A DNA stretch of 50,803 nucleotides from Nannocystis sp. ILAH1 (GCF_026626585.1 NZ_JAPNKD010000018.1:267718-318520); one strand, 5' to 3'; counted from the first letter of the stretch, positions 18,890 to 30,579 are shown. Notes: generated from the letters alone by a model not told the origin. Made by a program: numbers and translations.

Positions 18890-19693
18890 ATGGCTGAGCC
18901 TGGAACAGCGAGCGCGGCGCGCGTCCGCCAGGAAGCGAAGGGTCGCGAGCTGCTGGCCGACTCGGGCGTGCTCTGGAGCGCGCTGCCAGTAGAGTGGCCG
19001 CGCGAGGCCGAAGGCGGGTCGGCCGCGGCGCTGCCGGGCTGGGGCTGGCGGGTGCGTCGCTCGCTGGCGGCGCTGCTGCTGCGGCCGCGGCGGAGCTTTC
19101 AACACGTCCATGAACCAGTCGACCACGGAGCGGCGCTGCGGCTGCTGCTGACGGTGAGATTGCCGCTGTGGGCGGCGCTGCTGGTGACGCTGGGGATTGC
19201 AGGCCCGACAGCCGCGATCTACGAGGGGATCCCGCTGTTCGACGCGCACCTGGTCGAGGCGCTGTCGCTGTGGCTGCTGTTGATGGCGCCGGTCGGGGTG
19301 CCGCTCCTGTACGCGAGCCTGGGGATCGCCACCCACGTGGCCCTGGCGCTGACCGGCGGAGCGCCGCGCTCGATCGCCGCGACCCTGCGGGCCGTCGGCT
19401 ACGCCCTGGCGCCCGCGCTGCTGGGGGTGGCGCTGCTCGACTTGCCGCTGTACCTGGGGCAGCTGACGCTGCCGGTCTACCTCGGCGGGCTGGGGGCGCT
19501 GACCCTGCTGACGTTCGTGGTCGCCGGCAACGCGCTCACGGGGACGCACCAGATCCCGGCGATCCGCGGGTTCGTGGTCGCGCTGGTGCCAGCGGCGATG
19601 TTCGCCGCGACGCAGGTGCTCCGCGCCGTGCTCACGCTCGGCGAGCTGCCCGGGTACGCGCCGCCGCCGGGGCTGCCGTACCTGGTGCCTTGA
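18890..19693 (+). CDS. Yip1-like integral membrane protein
   Basis: Frame of ORF 18725..19693. The start is ATG 18890 (MAEPGTASAARV...). It has five or more hydrophobic helices with a Yip1-like architecture. The upstream ORF portion is Arg/Thr-rich noise. Confidence 0.65.
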   Translation: MAEPGTASAARVRQEAKGRELLADSGVLWSALPVEWPREAEGGSAAALPGWGWRVRRSLAALLLRPRRSFQHVHEPVDHGAALRLLLTVRLPLWAALLVTLGIAGPTAAIYEGIPLFDAHLVEALSLWLLLMAPVGVPLLYASLGIATHVALALTGGAPRSIAATLRAVGYALAPALLGVALLDLPLYLGQLTLPVYLGGLGALTLLTFVVAGNALTGTHQIPAIRGFVVALVPAAMFAATQVLRAVLTLGELPGYAPPPGLPYLVP

Positions 19694-19703
19694 GGCTGGC
19701 CTG

Positions 19704-19786
19704 AAGGGCATGTCGATCGGGGCATGTCCTCGGGGACATGGCGCGAGGGACATGGCACGAGGGGCATGGCGTGAGGGGCATGCTCG
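19704..19786 (+). repeat. array 5 of the GGRCATGYY repeat family (6 units, exact 14-bp phase)
   Basis: CATG cores at 19709, 19723, 19737, 19751, 19765 and 19779. The units are gaagggcatgtcga, tcggggcatgtcct, cggggacatggcgc, gagggacatggcac, gaggggcatggcgt and gaggggcatgctcg. Confidence 0.8.
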
Positions 19787-19898
19787 CAAGAGCGAGCGCG
19801 ATCTTGCGGCGACCGGCCGACGGCGGGCGTTGCGATCGGGGCGGAGGATCTCGCGGAGATGGGCCGACGGGGCGCGGTCGGAGATGCGGCCCTTTAAA

Positions 19899-19937
19899 AA
19901 GACATGTCGCCAGGGCATGGCCCGGGCGACATGTCTT
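19899..19937 (+). repeat. array 6 of the GGRCATGYY repeat family (3 units)
   Basis: CATG cores at 19903, 19916 and 19930 (agacatgtcgc, cagggcatggccc, gggcgacatgtct). Confidence 0.6.
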
Positions 19938-19959
19938 TCAGGGCAGCTCGTGCGAGCGC

Positions 19960-20661
19960 TCAGCCGGCCTTGGGGGGCTCGGCGGCGTCGGCGGGGACGC
20001 CGAGGACCTCCTGGATGGCGGTGTTGAGGCCGGAGAGGTCGGCCGGGGCGACGCCGGAGTACTTCACGGCGTTGCGGCCGTCGGCGAACATGACGGTGCG
20101 GCTCTTGGTGATGTTGTACCAGCCGTCGAAGGCGTCGTTCTTGCCGCCCTCGTCGGCCGGGACGACGACCGGGATGGTGACGCCGAGCTCGCTGCGCAGG
20201 GCCTTGACCTTGGCCTCGAGCGCCGCGCGGTCACCGGTGGGCGTGGTGGCCTTGCCGTCCTTGATGTCGGTGATGACCGCGAACGCCTTGATCTTGTCCT
20301 CGCCGTACTTCTGGACCAGGGCGTCGAGGTTCTTGATGTCGTTGCGGAAGGCCTCGTCTTCGAGGGTGCCGACGGCCATGATCTTGGGGCTGCCGCCGAA
20401 CTTGCAGACCTGGCAGTACTTCTCGCCGCTGTCGCAGTTGACGATCTCGAACGGCTTGAACTTGCCGCCGACCCCGAGGCCGCTGTCAGCGAGGACGGGC
20501 GCCTCGGCGGGCTTGGCCGGGGCGGCCTCGACGGGCTTGTCGGCGGGCGCGGGCGCGGCCGGCTTGGCGGCCTCGACGGGGGCAGGCTTGGTGGCCGCCT
20601 CGCCGCCGCAAGCAGCAGCGAGGAGCACGGCGAGGGCGAGGCTCGAACGAGTGGTGAGCAT
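19960..20661 (-). CDS. lipoprotein, function unknown (Lys/Ala/Pro-rich linker, C-terminal Cys-containing domain)
   Basis: Lower part of ORF 19960..20841. ATG 20661 gives MLTTRSSLALAVLLAAAC (lipobox LAAAC). A GGAGGAAG RBS lies 6 nt upstream. Confidence 0.8.
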   Translation of the reverse strand: MLTTRSSLALAVLLAAACGGEAATKPAPVEAAKPAAPAPADKPVEAAPAKPAEAPVLADSGLGVGGKFKPFEIVNCDSGEKYCQVCKFGGSPKIMAVGTLEDEAFRNDIKNLDALVQKYGEDKIKAFAVITDIKDGKATTPTGDRAALEAKVKALRSELGVTIPVVVPADEGGKNDAFDGWYNITKSRTVMFADGRNAVKYSGVAPADLSGLNTAIQEVLGVPADAAEPPKAG

Positions 20662-20859
20662 GGGTTCTTCCTCCGAGTGGCGGCCATATTGGCCGGGCGG
20701 GCCGCGCGGCGCCAGCCGATCGCCGGCAATTCGTCGCCCGGCGCCGTGCACGCGCGGGGGCTGGGGGCCTCGCTGACGAGGCGCTGGCGCACGGCGCTTC
20801 GTGGATGAAGGAGAGGCGAGCGAGGGCCTCGCTGTCCGCACCCGGCGAGTCCCCCGGGC

Positions 20860-21957
20860 TCACGGGCACAGCGGGCTCGACGGTTCGAGGCAGGCGAGGC
20901 CGGCGACGATCTCGACGCGATGGTTGGCGCGCCGGCCCTCCTCGCTGTCGTTGTCGGCGATCGGCTGGTCGGCGCCGCGGCTCTTCACCTCGAGGGTGTG
21001 GTGGACGAAGCCGCGATCGATCAGGGCGGCGCGCGCCTTGTCGGCCATGTCGAGGCCGAGCTGGCGCGCCTCGGCGGGCGGCATGCCGGCGGCGGTGTGG
21101 CCCTCGAGCACGAACACGCCGCGGGTGGAGAGGCGCTCGCCGAGCTGCTTGCGCCGCGCGTCGAGCTCGCGGAAGCCCTCGGGGTCGAGCTCGCGGGTGC
21201 CCGGGTCGTAGGCGAGGCGGACGACGAAGCGCCCGCAGTCGGCGATGAAGGCCTCGGGGCAGCCGTCGTCGTCCTGCTCGCCGTTGATCGTCTCGGGCTG
21301 GTCGCGACAGTCGCGGCGGTGGATGCCGCGCTCGAGCTTGCCGTCGCAGTTGACCCACTCGCTGCCGGTCCAGCGCGCGGCGTCGAGGACACCGTCGCCG
21401 TCGTTGTCGCGATCGGGGCAGCCGTCGTCGTCGGCGAAGCGGTCGTGATCCTCGGGAACGTCGCGGCAGCGATCGACGGCATCGGCGAGGCCGTCGGCGT
21501 CGCGGTCAGGGGCGAAGGGCGGGCAGACGCGCCGCAGCTGGACCCAGCTGCCGGCCCACAGATCGTCGGCGGGACCGCCCGGGACGCCGTGGACGACCAG
21601 GCCGATCCGCGCCGCAGGCCGGATCTCGGCGCGCACGCGCGCGAGCAGGTCGGCGCCGAGGGCCCGCATCTGCGCGGAGACCTGCGCTGGATCGGCGCCG
21701 GCGCGCGCGGCCGCGGCCATGTGGACGCCGAGCTCGACGCGCACCTGCGGGTCGGCGCGCAGGCGGGCGATCCACTCGTCGAGCTCGGCGGCGCCGTCGC
21801 CGTCGAGCTGCAGGGGCATCGCGGTGGCGGCGTAGGGGATCGTGACCAGGATCGCGGCGCACTCCGAGATCGGGGGCGGCTGCGGCCGCTCGGGCACTTG
21901 CGGGCCGCTGCAGGCGAAGAGCGCGGCGAGCCAGGCGGTGGCGGAGGATCGTCGCAC
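20860..21957 (-). CDS. OmpA-family lipoprotein with thrombospondin type-3 (TSP3) calcium-binding repeats
   Basis: ORF 20860..21957. Signal MRRSSATAWLAALFAC. D-rich repeats DRDADGLADAVDRCRD, DDDGCPDRDNDGDGVLD and DDDGCPE are present. The C-terminus is OmpA-like (GHTAAGMPPAEARQLGLDMADKARAALIDRGF...NHRVEIV). Confidence 0.85.
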   Translation of the reverse strand: MRRSSATAWLAALFACSGPQVPERPQPPPISECAAILVTIPYAATAMPLQLDGDGAAELDEWIARLRADPQVRVELGVHMAAAARAGADPAQVSAQMRALGADLLARVRAEIRPAARIGLVVHGVPGGPADDLWAGSWVQLRRVCPPFAPDRDADGLADAVDRCRDVPEDHDRFADDDGCPDRDNDGDGVLDAARWTGSEWVNCDGKLERGIHRRDCRDQPETINGEQDDDGCPEAFIADCGRFVVRLAYDPGTRELDPEGFRELDARRKQLGERLSTRGVFVLEGHTAAGMPPAEARQLGLDMADKARAALIDRGFVHHTLEVKSRGADQPIADNDSEEGRRANHRVEIVAGLACLEPSSPLCP

Positions 21958-22062
21958 GCTGAGGGATCAGGATAGCGCGAGGACGACGGACGAACCCGAG
22001 TTCTCGTCGCGCTCGCGTCCGCGCGGGTGGTCGGGAGGCCGGGCGGCGGATAGGGTGGACGC

Positions 22063-22746
22063 ATGCGCCGGTTGCAGGTCCTGGGGGTCGTGGTGGTGGT
22101 GGGATGTTCGGGCGGGCCGGCGTCGCCGGGGGCGAGCGAGGCGACCTCCGAGGCGACGGCTGGCACGGGCGAGACTGCGGCGACGACCGCGGGGACGAGT
22201 TCGACGACGAGCGGCGATTCGTCGACCGAGCCGGCGCCGACGACGTCGACCGGGGTGGCGTCGACGACGTCGGAGCCGGTGGTGTACTGCCAGGGGTTCG
22301 AGCGCGACGCGCCGGCGCCGTTCTTCGAGCTGGCGGTGATGGGCGGGGCGCCGCTGGTCGACGGCGCGGTGCTGCCGCTCGAGTGCGGCGGGCAGGGAGC
22401 GTGGATGTTCGGCCTGTACCCGTCGCTCGGCGGCTTCGACCCGGGCGGGTACTACCCGCACGTGTCGGTGGTGGTCGACGTCGAGGGCTACGACATCGGG
22501 CCGACCGGGCACTTCTACCAGCGCGACGGCGAGTCGTACTACATCGGCTGCGAGGAGCTCGACGGCGGGGTGACGGGAGTGGTGCCGGTGTTCCCGCCCG
22601 ACGAGCTGGCCAAGCTGTCCGAGGTCGACGGGCTGGCGGCCCAGGTGCACGTCGAGGTCGAGACGCCCGACGGACCGCTGGCGGTCGACGCCCTGGTGAC
22701 GCTGTCGGCGCCGCCCGAGCTGGTGCAGCTCGGGTGCGTGCTGTGA
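22063..22746 (+). CDS. lipoprotein, function unknown
   Basis: ORF 22063..22746. Signal MRRLQVLGVVVVVGC. A Thr/Ser-rich linker is followed by a Cys-containing globular region. Confidence 0.75.
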   Translation: MRRLQVLGVVVVVGCSGGPASPGASEATSEATAGTGETAATTAGTSSTTSGDSSTEPAPTTSTGVASTTSEPVVYCQGFERDAPAPFFELAVMGGAPLVDGAVLPLECGGQGAWMFGLYPSLGGFDPGGYYPHVSVVVDVEGYDIGPTGHFYQRDGESYYIGCEELDGGVTGVVPVFPPDELAKLSEVDGLAAQVHVEVETPDGPLAVDALVTLSAPPELVQLGCVL

Positions 22747-22756
22747 GGTGTCCTGA

Positions 22757-22824
22757 GGGACATGGCCTCAGGGGCATGTTAGTACGGGCATGCCCTCGGG
22801 GGCATGTCCATGAGGACATGTCCT
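22757..22824 (+). repeat. array 7 of the GGRCATGYY repeat family (5 units, exact 14-bp phase)
   Basis: CATG cores at 22761, 22775, 22789, 22803 and 22817 (gagggacatggcc, caggggcatgtta, tacgggcatgccc, gggggcatgtcca, gaggacatgtcct). It lies in the convergent region 22747..22825. Confidence 0.8.
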
Positions 22825-22825
22825 T

Positions 22826-23443
22826 TCAGCGGTAGAGCGCGCGCTGGTGGAGGCGGGCCTCGAGGGCCGGCCAGAAGTCGCGGCGCCAGCGGTCGGTCCA
22901 GGCCCGCTGGGCGAGGGCCCGCCGGTGCTCGGGGATCACGACCAGGAGCAGCAGGACGCTGACGAAGAAGGCGCTGGTCATGAGGCCGATGAAGGCGAGC
23001 ACCCACAGGTCGCCGGTGACGAGGAACAGGGCCAGCAGCATGGCCGCGCCGAACACGATCTCGCCCCAGAAGTAGGAGTCGTTGTGCCACCACGGGCTGT
23101 CGGCGAAATAGCCGTTGGCGGGGCGGATCTGCAGGCCCACGGAGGTGCCGCTGTCGGTCGCCACGGCGGTGACGTCGACCCAGATACCGATGTCGCTGGC
23201 GTCGAGGTGCCAGTGCAGGCCGGCGGCCGACGAGTGGTCGTGCAGCTCGAGGCTCTCGGCCAGCGACTCGAGGGCGTCCATCACCACCGGGAGCTCGGCG
23301 TCGCAGGGCCGCCACTCGCAGTCGGAGGCGCCGGGCGCGGGCGGGGCGGGACGGCCGGGCTCGTAATATGCGAGCGCGTCCTCGGGGGACCGGACGAGGG
23401 CGCTGCCCGGGCTCGGCAGCAGGGGGACGGTCTTCTTCCTCAT
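22826..23443 (-). CDS. hypothetical membrane protein
   Basis: ORF 22826..23443. Two C-terminal transmembrane helices (IVFGAAMLLALFLVTGDLWVLAFIGLMTSAFFVSVLLLLVVI). Confidence 0.65.
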   Translation of the reverse strand: MRKKTVPLLPSPGSALVRSPEDALAYYEPGRPAPPAPGASDCEWRPCDAELPVVMDALESLAESLELHDHSSAAGLHWHLDASDIGIWVDVTAVATDSGTSVGLQIRPANGYFADSPWWHNDSYFWGEIVFGAAMLLALFLVTGDLWVLAFIGLMTSAFFVSVLLLLVVIPEHRRALAQRAWTDRWRRDFWPALEARLHQRALYR

Positions 23444-23525
23444 CGCGGGCGGCGGCGAAGGGAGGTCGCAGCGCTCGCTCGAGGATAGGCGGTCCGGGGC
23501 GGCGACACGAGCGCGGGGCGGTTCA

Positions 23526-26500
23526 TCAGGCTGGCTCGGCCGCCGCGGCGGGGGCGGGGCCGTCGGCCGTGGCCGCGTCGGGGGGGATCAGGGGCAGCCA
23601 CATGCGCACGACGGTGCCGCGACCGAGCTCGCTGTCGATGCGGATGGTGCCGCCGTGGGCGCGAACGAACTTCTGCGCCATCGACAGGCCGAGGCCGGTG
23701 CCCTTGCCGGGCGGCTTGGTGGTGTAAAACGGCTCGAACACGTGCGGGAGATCGTGGGCGGCGATGCCGGCGCCGCTGTCGCGGATGACGATCTCGGCGC
23801 CCTCGCGGCCGTCGCCGCCGGGCGCGCCGCGGGCCTCGATCTCGATCGCACCGCCGGGGCCGGTGGCGTCGGCGGCGTTGCCGAACACGTTGAGGAGGGC
23901 GGACTCGAGCGAGGGGCGGTGGACCACCAGCGCGGGCAGCGAGGCGCCGGTGAACCCGGCGATCAGTCGGACGCCGCGCTCGTCGGCCTCGGGCCTCACG
24001 AGCTCGACCAGCCAGCGGAGCACCTGGGCGAGCTCGCAGCGCTCGGCGCTGGGCGGGCGCCGGCGGGTGTAGGCGAGCAGGGCGTCGACGAGGGCGGCGC
24101 AGCGCTGCGAGTGACGCTCGATCCGCTCGAGGGCGCGGCGCACGAACGGGTCGCGGGGGCTGCGGCGCAGCAGCATCTGCGCGCTCATGCGGATCACCGC
24201 GACCGGGTTGTTGAGCTCATGCGACAGGCCGGCCACGAGGGCGCCGACGGCCGCCATCTTGCTCGACTGGACCAGCTGCTCCTGGGTGTCCTGGAGGGCC
24301 TGCAGGGCCTGCTCGAGCGCCTGCTTCTGGCGCACGACCTCGAGGTGGGTGCGGTGCAGGCGGAGCGCGGCGCGGACGCGCGAGCGCAGCTCGACGGCGG
24401 CGAACGGCTTGGGCAAGTAGTCGTCGGCGCCGACGTCGAGGCCGCGCGCGGTCTCCTCGCGGCTGGCCTTGGCGCTGAGGAGGACGACGGGGACGTGGCG
24501 CAGGTCGTCGTCGCGCTTGAGCCGCGTGACGAGCTCGTAGCCGTCCATCTCCGGCATCATGACGTCGGCGAGGATGACGTCGGGCGGGCGCGCGCGGGCG
24601 GCCTGCAGGGCGTCGATGCCGTTGGCGGTCAGCTCGACGGCGTAGTCGGGGCCGAGGACCGCGGCGATGTAGGCGCGCATGTCGGGGTTGTCTTCGGCGA
24701 CGAGGAGGCGCGGCAGGTCGGGCGCGGGCTCGGGTAGGACGTCGTCGGCGACGACGTCGAAGCGGCCGCGGCGGGTGACGACGGGCTCGCGCGCGGCGGC
24801 GAGGTCGACGAGGCGATCGGCGTCGATCGGCAGGTCGACGACGAAGCAGGCGCCCTCGCCGAGGGCGCTGTGGAGCTCGACGGCGCCGCCGAGCTTCGCG
24901 GCGAACTCGCGCACGAGCGCCAGGCCGAGGCCGGTGCCCTCGTGCTTGCGGCTGATCGAGCTGTCGAGCTGTTCGAAGCGCTGGAACACCCGCTCGTGCT
25001 CGTCGGGGGCGATGCCGGGGCCGGTGTCGCGGACGGTGAGGCGCAGCCGCTTGCGATCGCCGGCGAGCGCGACGGTGACGGTGCCGCCGGCGGGGGTGAA
25101 CTTGAGGGCGTTGCCGAGGAGGTTGAGCAGGATCTTCTCGAACATGCGCCGGTCGAGCGGGACGACTCCGAGGTCGTCCGCCAGGGCGTGCTGCAGGTCG
25201 ATGCCCGCGGCCTGGGCGGCCGGCTCGGCGTCGAGGACGATGTCGAGCACGAGGCCGTGGACGTCGATTGGCTCCCAGGTGGGCCGCAGCTTGCCGGCCT
25301 CGAGCTTTTGATAGTCGAGGATGTCGTCGACGAGCCTGCCGAGCCGCGAGGCGTTGCGCCACATGCGGGTCAAGGCGGCCCGCGCCTGCTCGCCGCGCAG
25401 CTCGTCGGCGCCGGCGAGCAACGACTCGAGCGGGCCGAGGATCAGCGCGAGCGGGGTCCGCAGCTCGTGGCTGATGGTGGTGAGGAACTCGCTCTTGGCT
25501 CGCAGCGCGGCGTCGGCGGCCTCCTTGGCCCGCTGCAGCTCGAGCTCCATGCGCTTGCGCTCGGTGATGTCGACGTGAATGCCGAGGAGGCCGGTGACCT
25601 CGCCGCGGTCGTCGCGGATCGGGACCTTGCTGGTCAAGAGGTAGGTGTCGGTGCCGTCGGACAGGCGCAACGGCTCCTCGATGTTGAAGATCGGGACGCC
25701 GCTCCGCATGACCCTGTCGTCCATCATGCGGAAGAAATCGGCCTCCTCGCGCGAGGTGCAGACTTCGTAGTCAGTCTTGCCGATCACCTCCTCGAGGCTG
25801 GTGAAGCGGGTGCTCTGGAGGAAGTGCTGGTTGCAGCCGAGGTAGCGCGAGTCGCGGTCCTTCCAGAAGATCGACTGCGGGACGTTGGCCAGCACGTACT
25901 TGAACACCGCCTGCTGGCTGGCGTAGCGCGCGATGGTCTGCTCGCGCTCGGTGACGTCGAGGGCGACGCCGATGAAGCCTTGCAACTGGCCGTCGACGCG
26001 GATCGGGCTGTAGTGGGCCTCGTAGAGCACGCCGCGCAGGGGGCCGACCGCCGTCAGCGATTCGCCGGCGAGCGCCCGGCGGGCGGCGTCGACCACCCAT
26101 GGGATGTCGCCGTAGATCTCGAACAGCGAGCGGCCGACGTCGTTGCCGGGGTGCGGGCGCAGCGGGCTGAGGCCGTGGGGCTCGTTCAAGGTGATGACGC
26201 CGCGGGCGTCGCAGGCGAACAGCACGACCGGGGCCTGGCTGAGGAGCGCGCGGAGGTGCTGGTCCGACTTCAAGTCGGGAGCGACGAGCGCGGCGGGCTC
26301 GGGGCGGAGGACGATCCAGGCGCCCTCGGGACGGGGGACGACGCGCACGGCGAGCCGGGCGCCGCGGCCGTCGTCGGTGGTGAAGCGGGCCTCGACGGCG
26401 CCCCGACAGGCCTGGCCGAGCGCCGAGACGGGCAGCAGGGCGGCGAGGTCGCGGCCGATCAGGGCGGCGCGCGAGGCCCCGAGCAAACGCTCGGCCGCGG

Positions 26501-26594
26501 CGTTGGCGGCCTCGACGGCGCCGGCCGGCGAGACGACGAGGAGCGCGTCGTCCATCAGTTCGGTGAACTCGGCCCCCGGCAGCACGCTCGCCAA
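23526..26594 (-). CDS. hybrid sensor histidine kinase: multi-PAS, HisKA/HATPase, receiver, then a second HisKA/HATPase core
   Basis: ORF 23526..26594 (1022 aa). First H-box ISHELRTPL, with HATPase GTGLGLALVREFA. Receiver domain LLVAEDNPDMR...DVILADVMMPEMDGYEL...LSAKAS. Second H-box LSHELNNPVAV, with HATPase GTGLGLSMAQKFV. Confidence 0.9.
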   Translation of the reverse strand: MASVLPGAEFTELMDDALLVVSPAGAVEAANAAAERLLGASRAALIGRDLAALLPVSALGQACRGAVEARFTTDDGRGARLAVRVVPRPEGAWIVLRPEPAALVAPDLKSDQHLRALLSQAPVVLFACDARGVITLNEPHGLSPLRPHPGNDVGRSLFEIYGDIPWVVDAARRALAGESLTAVGPLRGVLYEAHYSPIRVDGQLQGFIGVALDVTEREQTIARYASQQAVFKYVLANVPQSIFWKDRDSRYLGCNQHFLQSTRFTSLEEVIGKTDYEVCTSREEADFFRMMDDRVMRSGVPIFNIEEPLRLSDGTDTYLLTSKVPIRDDRGEVTGLLGIHVDITERKRMELELQRAKEAADAALRAKSEFLTTISHELRTPLALILGPLESLLAGADELRGEQARAALTRMWRNASRLGRLVDDILDYQKLEAGKLRPTWEPIDVHGLVLDIVLDAEPAAQAAGIDLQHALADDLGVVPLDRRMFEKILLNLLGNALKFTPAGGTVTVALAGDRKRLRLTVRDTGPGIAPDEHERVFQRFEQLDSSISRKHEGTGLGLALVREFAAKLGGAVELHSALGEGACFVVDLPIDADRLVDLAAAREPVVTRRGRFDVVADDVLPEPAPDLPRLLVAEDNPDMRAYIAAVLGPDYAVELTANGIDALQAARARPPDVILADVMMPEMDGYELVTRLKRDDDLRHVPVVLLSAKASREETARGLDVGADDYLPKPFAAVELRSRVRAALRLHRTHLEVVRQKQALEQALQALQDTQEQLVQSSKMAAVGALVAGLSHELNNPVAVIRMSAQMLLRRSPRDPFVRRALERIERHSQRCAALVDALLAYTRRRPPSAERCELAQVLRWLVELVRPEADERGVRLIAGFTGASLPALVVHRPSLESALLNVFGNAADATGPGGAIEIEARGAPGGDGREGAEIVIRDSGAGIAAHDLPHVFEPFYTTKPPGKGTGLGLSMAQKFVRAHGGTIRIDSELGRGTVVRMWLPLIPPDAATADGPAPAAAAEPA

Positions 26595-26756
26595 GAATAC
26601 GTGAGGCGGGCAGGTTGTTCGAAGCGGGCAGCAGGAACGAGGCCGTCTGCGCCCGTGTCCTCGCGGGCGCGACGCCGACCGGCGGGCGGGCCCGCCGCCC
26701 CCGCCCTGACGCGACGAGGCCGGTGGCGGCGGGTCAGGATCGGGCTGGATGGTCGG

Positions 26757-26810
26757 GTGACATGTCCGAATAGACCTGTGAATAGGGACATGTCCTGAAC
26801 GGCATGTCGA
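26757..26810 (+). repeat. array 8 of the GGRCATGYY repeat family (3 units plus 1 degenerate)
   Basis: CATG cores at 26761, 26789 and 26803, with a degenerate CCTG at 26775 that keeps the 14-bp phase. Confidence 0.6.
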
Positions 26811-27104
26811 GAGGATGACGCATCATCGGTGCACCGCGGGCGCGGGGCCGCTCGACGGCGGGGCGGCGCGGGCCGCTCAGTGCGGCGTGGGGCCGAGCGC
26901 CGGGGCCTCGCGGGCAGACGCGTGCGCGCGAGCCGGGGAGGAAGTGGGTCGATGTCGGGGCCGAGGCGCCGGCGGGTCGTCCGCCGGTCGTGAGGCGGCG
27001 AGGGCGGACTGGCACGCGTGGAGAGCCTCGATAGCTTTCGCCGAGGCGCTGGCGACGTCGCGGGGCGAGGCGCGAGCGCGAGGCGGCCGGGGAGGAGGCC
27101 ACGC

Positions 27105-27485
27105 ATGGAGATTCGTCGCTGTCGTCGCGGGCTCGTGTTCGTCGGACTGCTGCCATTGATGGTGTCGCCGGGTTGCGAGGAGGTACAGACATTCGTCGAC
27201 GAGGCGGACGAATGGGACGGGGCGACGAGCGAGCTCGAGGAGGCCGAGCCGGTGGCCCCGCGCGGCGGCAGCTCGATGCAATCGCAGCACGGCATGACGT
27301 GCAGCAACCGCTGGGCCGACGATTGGGGGGCCACGAATTGCGGCGGCACGCCCGGGGTGAAGTGGCGGCTGCAGGTGCGCTGCAGGTGGCAGGGCGAGCG
27401 CCTGGGGCCGTGGCGGTCCGGTCCGGGCTCCGACCGCATCACGTGCAGCCTCGGCGCGTCGCGCTCGATGGTGGTGTGGGGCTGA
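27105..27485 (+). CDS. small Cys-rich lipoprotein, function unknown
   Basis: Frame of ORF 27018..27485. ATG 27105 (MEIRRCRRGLVFVGLLPLMVSPGC). A GGAGGAGG RBS lies 6 nt upstream. Confidence 0.7.
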   Translation: MEIRRCRRGLVFVGLLPLMVSPGCEEVQTFVDEADEWDGATSELEEAEPVAPRGGSSMQSQHGMTCSNRWADDWGATNCGGTPGVKWRLQVRCRWQGERLGPWRSGPGSDRITCSLGASRSMVVWG

Positions 27486-27560
27486 TCCGCGCGGGTCGGA
27501 GGCGTTTGCGCAGGCGCGGGCGGCCTGGTTGCGCGCCGCGCCGGCGGTTACCATGCGCCG

Positions 27561-29250
<1,690 letters not shown>

Positions 29251-29350
29251 CGGCGCGGCCACCTTAGCAGCCGGGTGCGAGCGGTGAGCGTCGGGGCGCG
29301 CCGCGAAGAACGCGGATGCGTGACGATCGCGCGACTCGGCGTGGAGTGAT

Positions 29351-29366
29351 GCGATCGCTAGCGATC
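29351..29366. promoter_or_regulatory. perfect 16-bp palindrome CGATCGCTAGCGATCG
   Basis: Read directly from the sequence. It lies in the 138-bp gap between the AAA+ gene stop (29391) and the membrane-protein start (29250). Confidence 0.35.
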
Positions 29367-29390
29367 GAGGCGGCGCGAGCGCCCGCCGGG

Positions 29391-30579
29391 TCACAGCAGT
29401 CGCGCAGACTTGAGGTAGTCCTCGACGTCGCGGTAGCTGCCGTCGCCCGCGTACTTGACCAGGTTCCTCGCGGTCCGCAACCACTCCAGGGTCGACGGCT
29501 GGACCTCCTTGGCGGCGGCCAGCAGGTCGGACTCGGCGATCGGCCGCTCGGGCCCGCCGGCGAGGATCTCTGTCAGCACCCGCTCCTTGGCCGCCTCGAT
29601 GACGCCGTCGACGTCGGCGCCCGAGCAGTGCGGCGTGGCCCGGGCGACCCGCAGGACGTCGATGGGGCCGGTCGGCGCGTCGGCCAGCTTGACGCGGAAC
29701 ATCTCGGCGCGGGCGTCGTCGTCGGGCGGCGGGACGAACACCTGGCGATCGAACCGCCCCGGCCGCTTCATCGCTGGATCGACGTCCCACGGCATGTTGG
29801 TCGCGCCGAGGACGAGGACGCCCTGATTGTCGTGGGCGACGCCGTCGAGCTGGTTGAGGAATTCGTTGACCAGGGTCCGCGTGTGATCGGTGTGGGCCTT
29901 GGAGCGCGAGAAGGCGAGCGCGTCGAGTTCGTCGAAGAACAGCACGGCGGGCCGCTGCTCGCGGGCCCGGTCGAACGCCGCGGCGAGGTTGCGCTCGCTC
30001 CGGCCGAGCCACATGTCGAGGATCTCGCTGATCCCGACGGCGATGAACGAGGCCCGACACTCCGAGGCGATCGCGCGGGCGATCATCGTCTTGCCGCAGC
30101 CGGGCGGCCCGTACAGGAGGACGCCGCCGCCGGCGCGCTTGCCGAACCGCGCGAACAGGCCGGGGCGCACGAACGGGGCGATGATCCGCACTTCGAGGGT
30201 CTTCTTCAGCGCGGCGTGCCCGATCACGTCGTCGAAGCGGACCGCGGCCGGGCGCAACGGGACGACCGCCGCCCGTGAGGACCTGCAAGGCCGGGGCGGG
30301 CCGCGCCGGCCTGATCTCGGGCGAGAAATCCTGCTTGGCCTCTGCCTCCCGCAGGCAGGCCTCGGCGCGCTCGAGGGCCCCGAGCGCGCGATGGCAGCGC
30401 ATGGCCCCGAGGAACCCCGCAGCCGAGTCGGGCTGTTGTCGGCAGACCAACTCCCATTGACGCAACGCGGCCGCCGCTTGACCGTCGTCCTCGAGCGCAC
30501 GCGCGTACTCCTTGCGGGTGGCGAGGTCGAAGGGATCTTCGGCGAGCGCCCGCTCGAGCTCGGGGCGGCTCCTGGTCAT
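29391..30579 (-). pseudogene. AAA+ ATPase with N-terminal TPR/MIT-like domain; the reading frame is broken near 30262
   Basis: The N-terminal 106 codons lie in the frame of ORF 28552..30720. They start at ATG 30579 (MTRSRPELERALAEDPFDL...QVLTGGGR), with a GGAGGGG RBS upstream. The AAA+ domain lies in the frame of ORF 29391..30500 (VPLRPAAVRFDDVIGH...LLYGPPGCGKTMIARAIA...VLFFDELDAL...GATNMPWDVDPAMKRPGRFDR). The two frames join at a single-nucleotide offset inside ggcggcggtcgtcccgttgcgcc (about 30258-30268). Confidence 0.6.
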
